Shown: positions 1 through 9,824 of the stretch, piece by piece
Layout of the letters: each line of letters opens with the position of its first letter
How positions within the stretch are numbered: position 1 is the first letter of the stretch
Assembly: GCA_963803705.1 (NCBI GenBank)
Contig: CAWDNU010000001.1
Location: forward strand, 288,001 to 352,000
Source: an uncultured Pseudobdellovibrionaceae bacterium
GTDB taxonomy: Bacteria > Bdellovibrionota > Bdellovibrionia > Bdellovibrionales > UBA1609
Direction: 5' to 3'
DNA length: 64,000 nucleotides
Program-made: the position numbers and the translations under genes
The notes under the pieces: model-generated
Told to the model about the DNA's origin: nothing
The model's database searches: none
What the model saw: the letters and a program-made list of their open reading frames with translations, nothing else

Positions 1-551
1 CGCGTATGTGTGTGAACTTCTCGTTGATTTACCAAAGACATTTTATTTGGGTGAACAAATTCTATTGGATCTTCAATTGTAAGTATATGTTTTTTCGAAT
101 GTTGGTTTATGTGATTGATTAGAGCAGCTAAGGTAGTGGATTTCCCAGACCCAGTCGGCCCGGTTACAAGAATCAGCCCGCGTTCACAACTTACCAGATC
201 ATACAAAGAAGGCGGCAAATTAAGGTCCTCTAAACGCAATATTTTAGTTGGGATTTGTCTGAAGACTGCTCCCAAACCATTCTTTTGCATATAGATGTTA
301 CATCTAAATCTTCCAATAGATTTTGCCTCGTAGGCACAATCAAGCTCCCACTTTTCTATGAAATCGCGCTTTTGTTTTTCAGTTAGAATTTCAAAAAGTA
401 AAGACTTTAGATCATCGTGGGTTAAAGGAGCGCTTTTTGATTGAATCATGTCTCCATGAACCCGAAAGTAAGGTACCGTTCCAGCGGACAAATGTAAATC
501 CGAAGCCGATTCACCTATCATAAATTTTAAGAGTCCATCAATTTGCGCCAT
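1..551 (-). CDS. pilT: Type IV pilus retraction ATPase PilT (3' end beyond window)
   Basis: Manual translation from ATG 551: MAQIDGLLKFMIGESASDLHLSAG...GRFRCNIY...GLILVTGPTGSGKSTTLAALINHIN...HILTIEDPIEFVH...VNQREV; GGAG RBS upstream; absent from the ORF track because it is truncated. Confidence 0.93.
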   Translation of the reverse strand, partial: MAQIDGLLKFMIGESASDLHLSAGTVPYFRVHGDMIQSKSAPLTHDDLKSLLFEILTEKQKRDFIEKWELDCAYEAKSIGRFRCNIYMQKNGLGAVFRQIPTKILRLEDLNLPPSLYDLVSCERGLILVTGPTGSGKSTTLAALINHINQHSKKHILTIEDPIEFVHPNKMSLVNQREVHTHT

Positions 552-707
552 AATAAGTTTTTCTCCTACAGGGTACATATCGGCTTTTTACGATAAAAAT
601 CACAGGTCCAGTTCTATGCTTCAATTAGAGATGAAAGCAGTCTCAGACGGCTCTCACAAACTCTGATACATCTGGCTTTTAGATTTTTAGCATGTTAAAA
701 ACCTCGC

Positions 708-2282
708 ATGAGTTCAAAAATATTAATCAGCGTCAGACCGAATCAAACTAGAATGGCTTACACTGAAAATGAAAAACTAATTGATTTTCAAATTGAAAAA
801 AGCTCTTCACCGACTTTAGTAGGCTCCGTCTTTAAGGGTAAGGTAATGCGAGTTTTGCCTGGAATGCAGGCAGCTTTTGTAGATATTGGTCTGGATAAGT
901 CGGCATTTTTGTATGTCGGCGACATACGCGTGGATAATCAAACTGTAAATCAGTTAAACTTGGATAATTTAAGTGCTACGGATCCTGCAACTGATTCGTC
1001 TACCGAATCAAACGAACCTGCTGCTGCCTCTAGCGTCACTTCAAGCTCGCATACAGATGAAAACAGGATCCCTATTCAAGATTTAATCCAAGAAGGTCAA
1101 TTTATAATGTGTCAGGTTGCCAAGGATCCCTTGGGCACTAAAGGCGCCAGAATCACAACTCATATTTCGCTACCTGGCCGAAATTTAGTGTATATGCCAA
1201 CAGTGCCCCATTTCGGGGTATCAAAGAAAATCGAGGATGAGACTGAGAAAAATCGCCTTAGATCGATCATTGAAAAAATTAAACCTAAGGGTGGAGTAAT
1301 CATCAGAACTGCCGGAGAAGGTGCATCTCTGGAGGCTTTAAAATTTGATTTGGATTATCTAAGTCGAGTTTGGAAAGAGGTGCAAAAAAGTTACGAAAAA
1401 AGAAAAAACCCTGGACACGTTCACCGAGAACCAGATTTGGAGCTAAGGGCTTTGCGGGATTTTCTAAATTCTGACGTTGATGAAGTAGTAGTTGATAATC
1501 GTCGATCATTCAAAAAAATCCAAAGCTTTTTGTCCCAGTTTATTCCAAAATATAAAAATAAAATTAAGTTGCACGATGATAATATACCTCTATTTGACGT
1601 GTACAATATTGATTTAGAAGTTGCTAGATCCTTGGACCGTAAAATTTGGTTAAAGTCCGGCGGTTACTTAGTTTTTGACGAGGCAGAGGCTTTAACCGTT
1701 GTAGATGTTAATACTGGTAAGTTCGTCGGAAAAAAAGATATCGAAGACACAATTTTGCAAACTAATTTAGAGGCAGTTAAAGAGATTGCTCATCAACTAA
1801 GAATTAGAAATTGTGGTGGAATAATTATTCTAGATTTAATTGATATGGTTAACGAAATTCACAGAGACCAAGTGTTAAAATTGTTTTTAGATGAACTTAA
1901 GCTGGACAAAGCAAAAACGAATGTGTCACCAATTTCAGAACTAGGCCTAGTAGAGATGACCCGCAAGCGAATACGTCCCAGCTTAGTGTCAGTGCTTTGC
2001 GAGGGTTGCAGCTATTGTGAAGCTACTGGGTACATTAAGCGTCCAATGACAGTATCTAATGAAATATTTAGGTCTCTGGAGCGCCTAAAAAATTCTTTAG
2101 ACAATACGAAGATGGCCATAATACGATGTCATTCGGATGTAGCAGACTGGGTATATGAAGAGGAATCTGAAAGCCTGGACTTCATAGAATCTAGAATTGA
2201 ATCCTCTGTAGTATTCAAAGTTGAACCTAGGTTTCACATCGAAGAGTATGCAATAGATGTTGTCTCAAAAGAGATCAGTTAA
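708..2282 (+). CDS. rng: Ribonuclease G/E family
   Basis: GKVMRVLPGMQAAFVDIG, QVAKDPLGTKGARIT, VVDVNTGKF, LGLVEMTRKR motifs; Ser/Thr-rich insert in the S1 domain. Confidence 0.92.
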   Translation: MSSKILISVRPNQTRMAYTENEKLIDFQIEKSSSPTLVGSVFKGKVMRVLPGMQAAFVDIGLDKSAFLYVGDIRVDNQTVNQLNLDNLSATDPATDSSTESNEPAAASSVTSSSHTDENRIPIQDLIQEGQFIMCQVAKDPLGTKGARITTHISLPGRNLVYMPTVPHFGVSKKIEDETEKNRLRSIIEKIKPKGGVIIRTAGEGASLEALKFDLDYLSRVWKEVQKSYEKRKNPGHVHREPDLELRALRDFLNSDVDEVVVDNRRSFKKIQSFLSQFIPKYKNKIKLHDDNIPLFDVYNIDLEVARSLDRKIWLKSGGYLVFDEAEALTVVDVNTGKFVGKKDIEDTILQTNLEAVKEIAHQLRIRNCGGIIILDLIDMVNEIHRDQVLKLFLDELKLDKAKTNVSPISELGLVEMTRKRIRPSLVSVLCEGCSYCEATGYIKRPMTVSNEIFRSLERLKNSLDNTKMAIIRCHSDVADWVYEEESESLDFIESRIESSVVFKVEPRFHIEEYAIDVVSKEIS

Positions 2283-2392
2283 ACTCAACTTTAGTCTGAT
2301 TTCACTGTTCGACGTCTACTTAGGTAAATTTCCGACTTTAAGAGGCCTAGAATTTCCTTTAATATTAAAGGCTTTAAGTCGATATATGACAC

Positions 2393-3316
2393 GTGAGCGT
2401 GCATTTTTTTTCTTACTTACCTGTTTTAATTTTTTTGGTTTTACCAAATATTGCACTAGCTTATAATACTTTAGATCAAGGTTATGTATCGGACAGACAA
2501 GTGATATTAAATTGTGGCAATGCTTGCATTGGCGCGCCTGAAATTCAAACTATCATTGATTCTGGAATTGAAATCGCAAGAGGTGGTTTGTTCGTAGAGC
2601 AAGATGACATTGAGGATCAAATCACTATAGCTCCATGGGCTAATTCTAGGACTAAGTGGCTAAGGCGATTTGGCCGTAATTTACAGCGTCAAAACACTAG
2701 ATATATTTCCTCTGCTTTTAGAATCGGAGTGAGAATCCAAGACGAGGATAGAAGCGCCTTTTCAGCATTCTGGCGGGAGATTCGAAAGCCAATCCTGTAT
2801 GATTTAAGAAATAGGATCGTTTATAACTACAAGCAAAAACGAAAAAACAATAAACTTAAGGCCTGGGCTTTAGAACAAACCATCGACATTGGGGCGTCAG
2901 CGTTCGGTTTAGAAAGCTATGGCTATATCAGTGACGTCTTGGACTCAGATGACATTATTAATCGACGAAGCTCGGTGATAACCAAATTTAAACCTAGATT
3001 AGATCCTTACAAAGGTCGTTATGGTGGAGCTTTGCAGTCAAAGTTTTACCGGGGCATGAAGGATCCATTTTATTTCGAAGTCTCATATTTTTATTGCAAT
3101 AATCAGTGGGGAATAGGAGATCGCACGTGCTCATATTTACATCAGGTTCAGACCACTTACGGCTATAAATTTAGAACAAGTCGAAGAAATATATCCTTAC
3201 AGCTTTCAGTCTACTGGGAGGGCCGAAGTTTGGATCCTGACGCCTACGTAATTGGTTCTAAGCCTTTCGAGTTTAAACCTTGGGGTTTCCAGTCTAGAAT
3301 ACTTATAGCGATTTAA
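2393..3316 (+). CDS. Hypothetical exported protein
   Basis: 307-aa ORF with signal-peptide-like N-terminus (ALA cleavage site) and aromatic-rich C-terminal part. Confidence 0.65.
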   Translation: MSVHFFSYLPVLIFLVLPNIALAYNTLDQGYVSDRQVILNCGNACIGAPEIQTIIDSGIEIARGGLFVEQDDIEDQITIAPWANSRTKWLRRFGRNLQRQNTRYISSAFRIGVRIQDEDRSAFSAFWREIRKPILYDLRNRIVYNYKQKRKNNKLKAWALEQTIDIGASAFGLESYGYISDVLDSDDIINRRSSVITKFKPRLDPYKGRYGGALQSKFYRGMKDPFYFEVSYFYCNNQWGIGDRTCSYLHQVQTTYGYKFRTSRRNISLQLSVYWEGRSLDPDAYVIGSKPFEFKPWGFQSRILIAI

Positions 3317-3379
3317 CATATTTCATTGACAATTAAGTCCGAGCCATGGCACTTCTACAGCCTTATCGGAGGTTATTCT

Positions 3380-3979
3380 ATGTATGCAATCGTCCGCACC
3401 GGCGGTAGGCAGTATAAAGTTGAAGCTGGGCGATCATTCAAAGTTGAGAAAATTGAACAACCTGTTGGAACTGAATTTGACCTTACTGAAGTCCTGTTTA
3501 TTGGCGGCGAAAAGGTTTTAGTAGGTGTTCCAAGCGTTGAAAATGCAGCTGTTAAAGTTGTGATTTCAAAACAAGCTAAAGCTCCAAAAATCATTGTATT
3601 AAAGAAAAAGCGTCGTCAGGGCTATAGAAAGCTGCAAGGTCATCGCCAGGCATTTACTGAGCTTTTTGTTAAATCTATTGAAGCTCCAGGCGTGTCTGCT
3701 AAATCTGATAAAGAGCCAAGGCTTTACACCGAAGAGTTTAAAGCTAAAGCCAGATTAGATATGGCTGCGATAAAAGATGTTGAAGCTACGAAATCTGCCA
3801 GTGCTTCAACTAAAAAGAAAAAACCTGCTATTAAAGAACCTTCTAAGAAGAAAAAGCCAGCAAAGAAGGCACCTGCTAAAAGGGCACCTGGCAAAAAAGC
3901 ACCTGTAAAGAAAAAAGTAGCTAAGAAGAAAGCCACAAAAAAAGCTTCTACAAAAAAAAAGACCACTAAAAAAACGTAG
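3380..3979 (+). CDS. rplU: 50S ribosomal protein bL21 with Lys/Ala/Pro-rich C-terminal extension
   Basis: MYAIVRTGGRQYKV...KKKRRQGYRKLQGHRQ; GGAGG RBS before ATG 3380; directly upstream of rpmA. Confidence 0.95.
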   Translation: MYAIVRTGGRQYKVEAGRSFKVEKIEQPVGTEFDLTEVLFIGGEKVLVGVPSVENAAVKVVISKQAKAPKIIVLKKKRRQGYRKLQGHRQAFTELFVKSIEAPGVSAKSDKEPRLYTEEFKAKARLDMAAIKDVEATKSASASTKKKKPAIKEPSKKKKPAKKAPAKRAPGKKAPVKKKVAKKKATKKASTKKKTTKKT

Positions 3980-4026
3980 TTTTAACTTTGGATAATGATT
4001 AATGTTTAGATAATGAGGTAAATTTA

Positions 4027-4290
4027 ATGGCATCGAAGAAAGCAGCCGGTAGTAGTAAGAACGGAAGAGACTCACAGAGTAAGAGATTAGGAGTAAAGCG
4101 TTTTGGTGGAGAAACCGTTAAACCGGGCATGATCCTAGTTCGTCAAAGAGGAACTCAATTCCACGTAGGAAGAAATGTAAAAATGGGCAGAGACCATACC
4201 ATTTTTTCTTTGATTGATGGCCAAGTTAAGTTTGAAAGGTTAGATAAAAAAAGATTAAAAATTAGCGTTTATCCCTCAACTGCAGCCTAA
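4027..4290 (+). CDS. rpmA: 50S ribosomal protein bL27
   Basis: [28 protein letters not shown]. Confidence 0.98.
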   Translation: MASKKAAGSSKNGRDSQSKRLGVKRFGGETVKPGMILVRQRGTQFHVGRNVKMGRDHTIFSLIDGQVKFERLDKKRLKISVYPSTAA

Positions 4291-4330
4291 GTCGCTTTAA
4301 TTATTTTAATTTCAGAAAATTAGTAGAAAC

Positions 4331-4363
4331 AAAAGCTCTCAAACTTAATTGGGGGCTTTTTTT
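4331..4363 (+). terminator. Rho-independent terminator-like hairpin after rpmA
   Basis: AAAAGCTCTCAA...TTGGGGGCTTTT followed by a T run. Confidence 0.6.
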
Positions 4364-4376
4364 GTAAAAAGAGTGT

Positions 4377-5420
4377 ATGTCAAAAATTAAGTTTATCGAC
4401 AGAGTTAAAATTGACTTAACTTCTGGTTCTGGGGGACCAGGCTGTATTAGTTTTAGAAAAGAAGCAAAAGTGCCTCGGGGTGGACCCAATGGTGGTGATG
4501 GCGGCCGCGGTGGTCATGTTTTGTTTAAAGTAAATTCCCAAAAAAAGTCCTTATTAGACCTTAAATATAATAGAAAGCTAAAAGCTGATAATGGTAGTCA
4601 GGGTGAGGGCAACAATAGCTCTGGAAAAAGTGGAAAAGATTTGGTCGTAGAAGTGCCTCCAGGAACACTTGTAATAGACGAATTTACTGACCAAGTTATG
4701 TTAGATTGTAAACCTGGTGAAACATATCAAGTGCTAAGTGGCGGTCTTGGTGGTAAAGGAAATTCTTTTTATAAATCAAGTGTTCATCAAGCCCCAGAAA
4801 TAGCCCAGAAGGGTATGCCCGGTGAAGAGCTAGCCGTGCGCCTGGAGTTGAAACTAATAGCTGATGTGGGCTTGGTCGGTTTTCCTAACGCTGGTAAGTC
4901 TACTTTAGTTTCTGTGATTTCTGCAGCGAAACCTGAAATTGCAAACTATCCCTTTACAACATTAAACCCTCATTTGGGGGTGGTAAAAGTGGGTGACTCG
5001 GATTCTTACATAATCGCAGATATACCAGGGCTAATTCCAGATGCTCATAAGGGAGTTGGCTTAGGCCTTGAGTTTTTAAGGCATATTGAACGAACTAAAT
5101 TATTCGTACATCTGCTGGACGGTGATCCAGAAAATGGCAGGGATATCGTCAAAGACTTTGAAGCTATAAATAATGAGCTAGAAAAATATGACGGTCTGTA
5201 TGGAGGCAAATATGGGCTGGAGCCACTATCTAAAAAAGTGCAAATTTTAGTTATTAACAAGTGGGACTTGATTCCTGAAAACGAAAGAGATTTATTTTTA
5301 CAAAATTTAAGTTCAAGAATAGGGCAAGATATCGTTCCCATATCAGGTTATACAGGATATGGTTTAGACGTTTTAAAAAACATAATGTCTAAGTTAGTTT
5401 TTAAACAAGGAGAAAGCTAA
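4377..5420 (+). CDS. obgE: GTPase ObgE/CgtA
   Basis: Gly-rich N-terminus, ADVGLVGFPNAGKSTL, YPFTTL, DIPGLI, NKWD. Confidence 0.97.
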   Translation: MSKIKFIDRVKIDLTSGSGGPGCISFRKEAKVPRGGPNGGDGGRGGHVLFKVNSQKKSLLDLKYNRKLKADNGSQGEGNNSSGKSGKDLVVEVPPGTLVIDEFTDQVMLDCKPGETYQVLSGGLGGKGNSFYKSSVHQAPEIAQKGMPGEELAVRLELKLIADVGLVGFPNAGKSTLVSVISAAKPEIANYPFTTLNPHLGVVKVGDSDSYIIADIPGLIPDAHKGVGLGLEFLRHIERTKLFVHLLDGDPENGRDIVKDFEAINNELEKYDGLYGGKYGLEPLSKKVQILVINKWDLIPENERDLFLQNLSSRIGQDIVPISGYTGYGLDVLKNIMSKLVFKQGES

Positions 5421-6440
5421 GTGACTCATGTAGGTGTATTTGGAGGGGCATTCAACCCTATTCACATGGGACACATAAATAGTTTGGCTCAGGTCCAGAA
5501 AAAATTTAATTTAAACAAAATAAAAATAGTACCAGCCTATCAAAGTCCCGGTAAAGATCTAATAGCTAAACCATCTTCTGACGAAAGATGTAAAATGGCG
5601 GAACTTTGTTTGACTGACCTGGGCGATAGTTTTTTACTAGATACTTTTGAGATCGACCGTAAGGGCGTCAGTTACACTATTGAGACTTTGAGGCACTTAA
5701 AAGAAGAAGATCCTAATTCTGAACTTTTCTTAATTATTGGTTTAGATCAATTTAATAGTTTTGATTCCTGGAAAGAATTCGAAGAAATTATTAAGATGTC
5801 TCATATCATTGTCACTTCAAGACCAGGTTATACATTTCCACTTAACAAGTCGGATTTTCCACAAGGCTTGCAAGGATTTATAGAAGATTTTGACGGTTAT
5901 CAAAGCCTTCTGAAATCTGGAAAAATGATACACTTTCTTAGACTCAAAGACATAGATGTCTCATCGTCTGAAATTAGAAAAAAATTGCAAATTGGTCAGG
6001 CTGTCGACAAGTTTTTGAGTTTAAAGGTTGAAAACTTTATTAAGGAACAAAAACTGTATGAATCCGATGGTCCTAAAGTTAATGACTACAAAAGTTTTAC
6101 CATCGAAGCTGCAAATTTTTTAGACTCAAAAAAAGCGATTAACACACTTGCATTTGATTTTGAAACTGTAAATGACTATCTAGTTGATTATTCAATTGTA
6201 TGTTCTGCTACAAATAAAAGGCAGACTGTTTCTATGGCTGAATCTTTAATTGAAAAAATTAAGACAACATACTCAGTTCGTCCTATCGCTATAGATGGTA
6301 TTGATGATGGACGCTGGGTTGTACTGGATTATGGCAGTGTTATTATTCATATTTTTTATGATTTCGTACGCCAAGAGTATCACCTGGAACAACTTTGGCA
6401 GAAAGCAAAAAAGCTAGATCTAAACAGTCCGTCAAACTAA
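5421..6440 (+). CDS. nadD: Fusion of nicotinate-nucleotide adenylyltransferase NadD and ribosome silencing factor RsfS
   Basis: N-terminal GVFGGAFNPIHMGH, SYTIETL, VSSSEIR; C-terminal WVVLDYGSVIIHIF...RQEYHLEQLW. Confidence 0.88.
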   Translation: MTHVGVFGGAFNPIHMGHINSLAQVQKKFNLNKIKIVPAYQSPGKDLIAKPSSDERCKMAELCLTDLGDSFLLDTFEIDRKGVSYTIETLRHLKEEDPNSELFLIIGLDQFNSFDSWKEFEEIIKMSHIIVTSRPGYTFPLNKSDFPQGLQGFIEDFDGYQSLLKSGKMIHFLRLKDIDVSSSEIRKKLQIGQAVDKFLSLKVENFIKEQKLYESDGPKVNDYKSFTIEAANFLDSKKAINTLAFDFETVNDYLVDYSIVCSATNKRQTVSMAESLIEKIKTTYSVRPIAIDGIDDGRWVVLDYGSVIIHIFYDFVRQEYHLEQLWQKAKKLDLNSPSN

Positions 6441-6455
6441 TATTAAAACCTAGTT

Positions 6456-6929
6456 TTGAAGCAAATAGTTCACCTCGTTAATGTTAAGTCAAAAAAATCT
6501 AAAGAATTTGAACAAATCTTTTCGCTTTTTAATAAGAAGATTTCTAATTTTGCTCACTTAAAAATTGATGAGATAAAGTCCTTTGAAGTTAGTCGAGATC
6601 AGAAAGAAGTAAAAGTCGACAAAGAGTCAGTGATGATTTTGCAAAAGTTAAAGAGTTCAACCTTTATAATTTTATGCGATGAATCGGGTGTTGATTTAAA
6701 TAGTATCGACTTTGCTAAAACAATCTCTGAAAAAATGGAAATTTACAAACAAGTCAGTCTGGTGATCGGCGGAGCCTTTGGAGTCAACAATGAAGTCAGA
6801 AAAAAAGCTGACTTAACGATCAAGTTAAGCCCGTTTGTGTTGAACCATTTGGTTGCAAAGGTTGTCCTTTTAGAACAAATATATCGGACATTTATGATCA
6901 TCTGTAAGAAGCCTTACCATAATAAATAG
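6456..6929 (+). CDS. rlmH: 23S rRNA pseudouridine1915 N3-methyltransferase RlmH
   Basis: LVIGGAFG, LSPFVLNHLVAKVVLLEQIYR...PYH; follows rsfS as usual. Confidence 0.9.
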   Translation: MKQIVHLVNVKSKKSKEFEQIFSLFNKKISNFAHLKIDEIKSFEVSRDQKEVKVDKESVMILQKLKSSTFIILCDESGVDLNSIDFAKTISEKMEIYKQVSLVIGGAFGVNNEVRKKADLTIKLSPFVLNHLVAKVVLLEQIYRTFMIICKKPYHNK

Positions 6930-6952
6930 ATGGCAATTGCACACGACTAATT

Positions 6953-7630
6953 ATGTCGAACTTTTCCTTGGTAAAGAGATTTAGATTTATAAGATTTTTT
7001 AATATGATTCTGAAGCGTTCACCTAAAAACTGTATTCTTTGTGAAACTTGGATTTTCTTTAAGGCACCTATATGCAGGAAGTGTCGCCGATTTTTATACA
7101 CTGAATTTTTGAGAACTGAATTTGCGATCAAACCAATGTTTAACCACCCTTGTTATTATTTATGGCTGTGGACTGATAAAAATCATATTTGGATACAGAA
7201 AATTATTATATCTATGAAAAATGGTCATAACTATGAATTATACAAAATATTTATGCCTTGGTTGCTAAAAAAACTTGAAGCTTTTGAAAAGATAAAATTT
7301 GTAGCAGCTGTCCCAAGTTGCGATCGTTTACATCCAGAAGCTCTTTTAAAGTCATTCAACCAAATTCAGATAGATACCAATTTAATTCAGGTGAAAAAAT
7401 CAAAGAACAGTATATCGCAAAAAAATAGGGCGCGTTCCCAGCGTCTAAAAGCTGCTTTTGAACTAGGGGATAAAGGACAATTGAAGTTAGGCCCTACCAA
7501 CAACTGCATACTGATATTAGACGATGTCTTGGCTACTGGAGGTTCTTTTAAAGGTATTTTGAACTTACTTGGCGAGGACAAAGTGCTAGCCTTAGCCGTC
7601 TGGGCATATAAAGCCCCACGCAGTGGATAG
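6953..7630 (+). CDS. ComF-family phosphoribosyltransferase-like protein
   Basis: N-terminal CxxC...CxxC; ILILDDVLATGGS PRPP-binding motif; start may lie further downstream. Confidence 0.7.
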   Translation: MSNFSLVKRFRFIRFFNMILKRSPKNCILCETWIFFKAPICRKCRRFLYTEFLRTEFAIKPMFNHPCYYLWLWTDKNHIWIQKIIISMKNGHNYELYKIFMPWLLKKLEAFEKIKFVAAVPSCDRLHPEALLKSFNQIQIDTNLIQVKKSKNSISQKNRARSQRLKAAFELGDKGQLKLGPTNNCILILDDVLATGGSFKGILNLLGEDKVLALAVWAYKAPRSG

Positions 7631-7691
7631 GTGTGCAAACCTGATAGCAAGTGCCACGCAGTGGATAGGTGTGCAAGCCTGATAGAAAATG
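7616..7691. repeat. Tandem direct repeat, 2 x 38 bp
   Basis: CCACGCAGTGGATAGGTGTGCAAACCTGATAGCAAGTG followed by CCACGCAGTGGATAGGTGTGCAAGCCTGATAGAAAATG. Confidence 0.9.
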
Positions 7692-7815
7692 CTGTTCTTT
7701 CGAAGAAATTTACATGAATAATCTTTTTTGAAACTTTAGCCTTACTTTATTGTTTTATATAGTACTATGTAAATGGCTGAAAAGTAAAAATAGACAATAA
7801 ACTAAGGGCCCAGAA

Positions 7816-8571
7816 ATGATAACTAAGCTAAATAATCCAAAATCAAAGTTCCTAAGTTTCCACCTCATTTTGTTAGGTATCGACCACATCCTGCAAATAT
7901 TCCTTAGATTAAGAGCAGGCTTAAGCGTAGTGTTGGTCATATATACTGCTCTAATTTCTACAGGTGTTTATGCTAGTCCAAGCGAGACAGAGGCAATTGA
8001 AGAGTTGAAGAAAATGACAAAACACTATTCGAAGACTTCGTACTTAGTGGCTAAGTTTAGACAAAAACAGATTATGGAGCTGCTAGGCGATGTGAAGTCG
8101 GCTAAAGGTACTCTTTACTATTCTAATCAGAAGCTACGTATAGAGCTTCAAGGTACTGAGCAGAATTCTGTGACACTCTTTACTCCGGGTGTAATAACCA
8201 GTATTTCGTATGACAAAGATAGCAAGCCCACTCAAGTTTTGAAATCTAAGCCCTATCCTCATCCATTACTAAATTTGATGTTTGGTGACTACAAAACATG
8301 GGACAAATTTGAGGTCACAGAAATTAGAACAAACAACAAAACTATTTTAGATGCTCAGGTGATTCCTAAGGATGCCAAGGAATTGCCCGGTATTGATCGA
8401 ATTGATATTATGATTAATAAAAAGAAAAGTGAACTTGTAAAGATAGTTTATTGGGATGAGATAGGAAACAAGACTATAAATACTTTTGCATCTCAGAAGA
8501 CCAAAGGTAAAATTGATGGCACAAAGTTTGTTCTTGTACCGCCTCAAGGCGTAGAAGTTAAAAATCTTTAA
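7816..8571 (+). CDS. LolA-family outer membrane lipoprotein carrier
   Basis: AKFRQ...AKGTLYYS..KLRIE and YWDEIGNKTINTF...KFVLVPPQGVEV pattern; true start probably downstream. Confidence 0.72.
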   Translation: MITKLNNPKSKFLSFHLILLGIDHILQIFLRLRAGLSVVLVIYTALISTGVYASPSETEAIEELKKMTKHYSKTSYLVAKFRQKQIMELLGDVKSAKGTLYYSNQKLRIELQGTEQNSVTLFTPGVITSISYDKDSKPTQVLKSKPYPHPLLNLMFGDYKTWDKFEVTEIRTNNKTILDAQVIPKDAKELPGIDRIDIMINKKKSELVKIVYWDEIGNKTINTFASQKTKGKIDGTKFVLVPPQGVEVKNL

Positions 8572-8580
8572 AGCAGTTTC

Positions 8581-9096
8581 TTACTGCATGAAATTATATA
8601 TTTCAGAGTAGTTACGACCCAACTCGTCTGAATCCATCCCGTAGCCTATGACGTAACGATCATCGATAGTTTTGCCAGTGTACTCAGGCTTAAGCGGAAT
8701 TTCTCGTCTAGAAGGCTTGTCTATCAAAGCGCAAATCCTAATACTGGCAGGCATCGAAAGCATTAGATGTTTTCTTAAGAAGCTAAGCGTTTTACCTGCA
8801 TCAATAATTTCCTCGCAAATGATTACGTGCTTGTTGTAAATCTCGATACCTATATCCTTAACTACACTGACGGACTTACCGATAGATTTTACCTGTACAA
8901 ACTCAATTTCCAAATTTGGATTTTTAATTTTTCGACATAGATCTGCGACAAACATAAAAGAACCTTTTAAGGGACATATTAGCACTACAGATTCATCTCT
9001 ATATTGCCGGTCTATAGTTTCGGCCAGTTCCGTAATCATTTTATCTATTTCGTCAGCTTTTATAAATGGGATCATTCCCTCTTTGTGTGAAGCCAC
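8581..9096 (-). CDS. hpt: Hypoxanthine phosphoribosyltransferase-like protein
   Basis: LKGSFMFVADL, VIICEEIIDAGKTL, YVIGYGMD...RN. Confidence 0.85.
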   Translation of the reverse strand: MASHKEGMIPFIKADEIDKMITELAETIDRQYRDESVVLICPLKGSFMFVADLCRKIKNPNLEIEFVQVKSIGKSVSVVKDIGIEIYNKHVIICEEIIDAGKTLSFLRKHLMLSMPASIRICALIDKPSRREIPLKPEYTGKTIDDRYVIGYGMDSDELGRNYSEIYNFMQ

Positions 9097-9824
9097 TATA
9101 ATTCCTTTTGAGAAGTGTTAGTTTGAGTTTTTATCATATTTAAGCGTTGATTAGCTCCCTGATGATTCCTGTCGATCAACAAAACAGATTCAAATATACC
9201 TTTAGCTAATGATTTTTGATCAGTAAGATAATAAATTTGGCCCAAACGCATTAGGGCGGAAATATTATTGCCTTCCTTGGATATTATGTCTTTAAGCTCG
9301 CTTGTTGCTTCTTTGTACTGTTTCAAGTTTAGAAAGCATTCAGAAATCAAAATCTGAATTTTTGTAGGTTCTGAACTCAAAGCCTTAGCCTTGATTAACT
9401 GTTGCAGAGCTTCACTGTAATTTTGAATTTCATTATATAGTTTAGCCAATTCTAAGTGTTTACCCATAAAAACCTTTGATCTATTGGAAATGGCTTTATT
9501 TTGAACTGGTTTTTTTAACTGCATTTGGGTACTTAAAAAGACTCTTTGACCATCCTCGTAACGACCTAGGTCATTAAATATAACACTTAATCCGATTCCA
9601 GCATCAGTAAAAGCGGGGTCAATTTCTAACGATCTTTTAAAACTACGAAGTGCTTTTTTAATATCATTTTTTTGATACTGGATAGCTCCTAACATATAAA
9701 ATAGCTTCGCACTCTTATAGTTTTTTAGTACCAGCTGATTCAGAATCGGTTCAGCTTTTTTATAATCACCTTTAATGAAATGGTTTGATGCTGCATCAAA
9801 GACAATTTTTAAAGACTCGTCCAT
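9096..9824 (-). CDS. TPR-repeat protein
   Basis: Repeated TPR-like helices (LGAIQY...A...FKRSLEIDP; LGQIYY...A...FESVLLID). Confidence 0.8.
   Translation of the reverse strand: MDESLKIVFDAASNHFIKGDYKKAEPILNQLVLKNYKSAKLFYMLGAIQYQKNDIKKALRSFKRSLEIDPAFTDAGIGLSVIFNDLGRYEDGQRVFLSTQMQLKKPVQNKAISNRSKVFMGKHLELAKLYNEIQNYSEALQQLIKAKALSSEPTKIQILISECFLNLKQYKEATSELKDIISKEGNNISALMRLGQIYYLTDQKSLAKGIFESVLLIDRNHQGANQRLNMIKTQTNTSQKEL

Noticed and set aside
7616..7691. Possible CRISPR array
   Set aside because: Only two adjacent copies, no spacer, no cas genes
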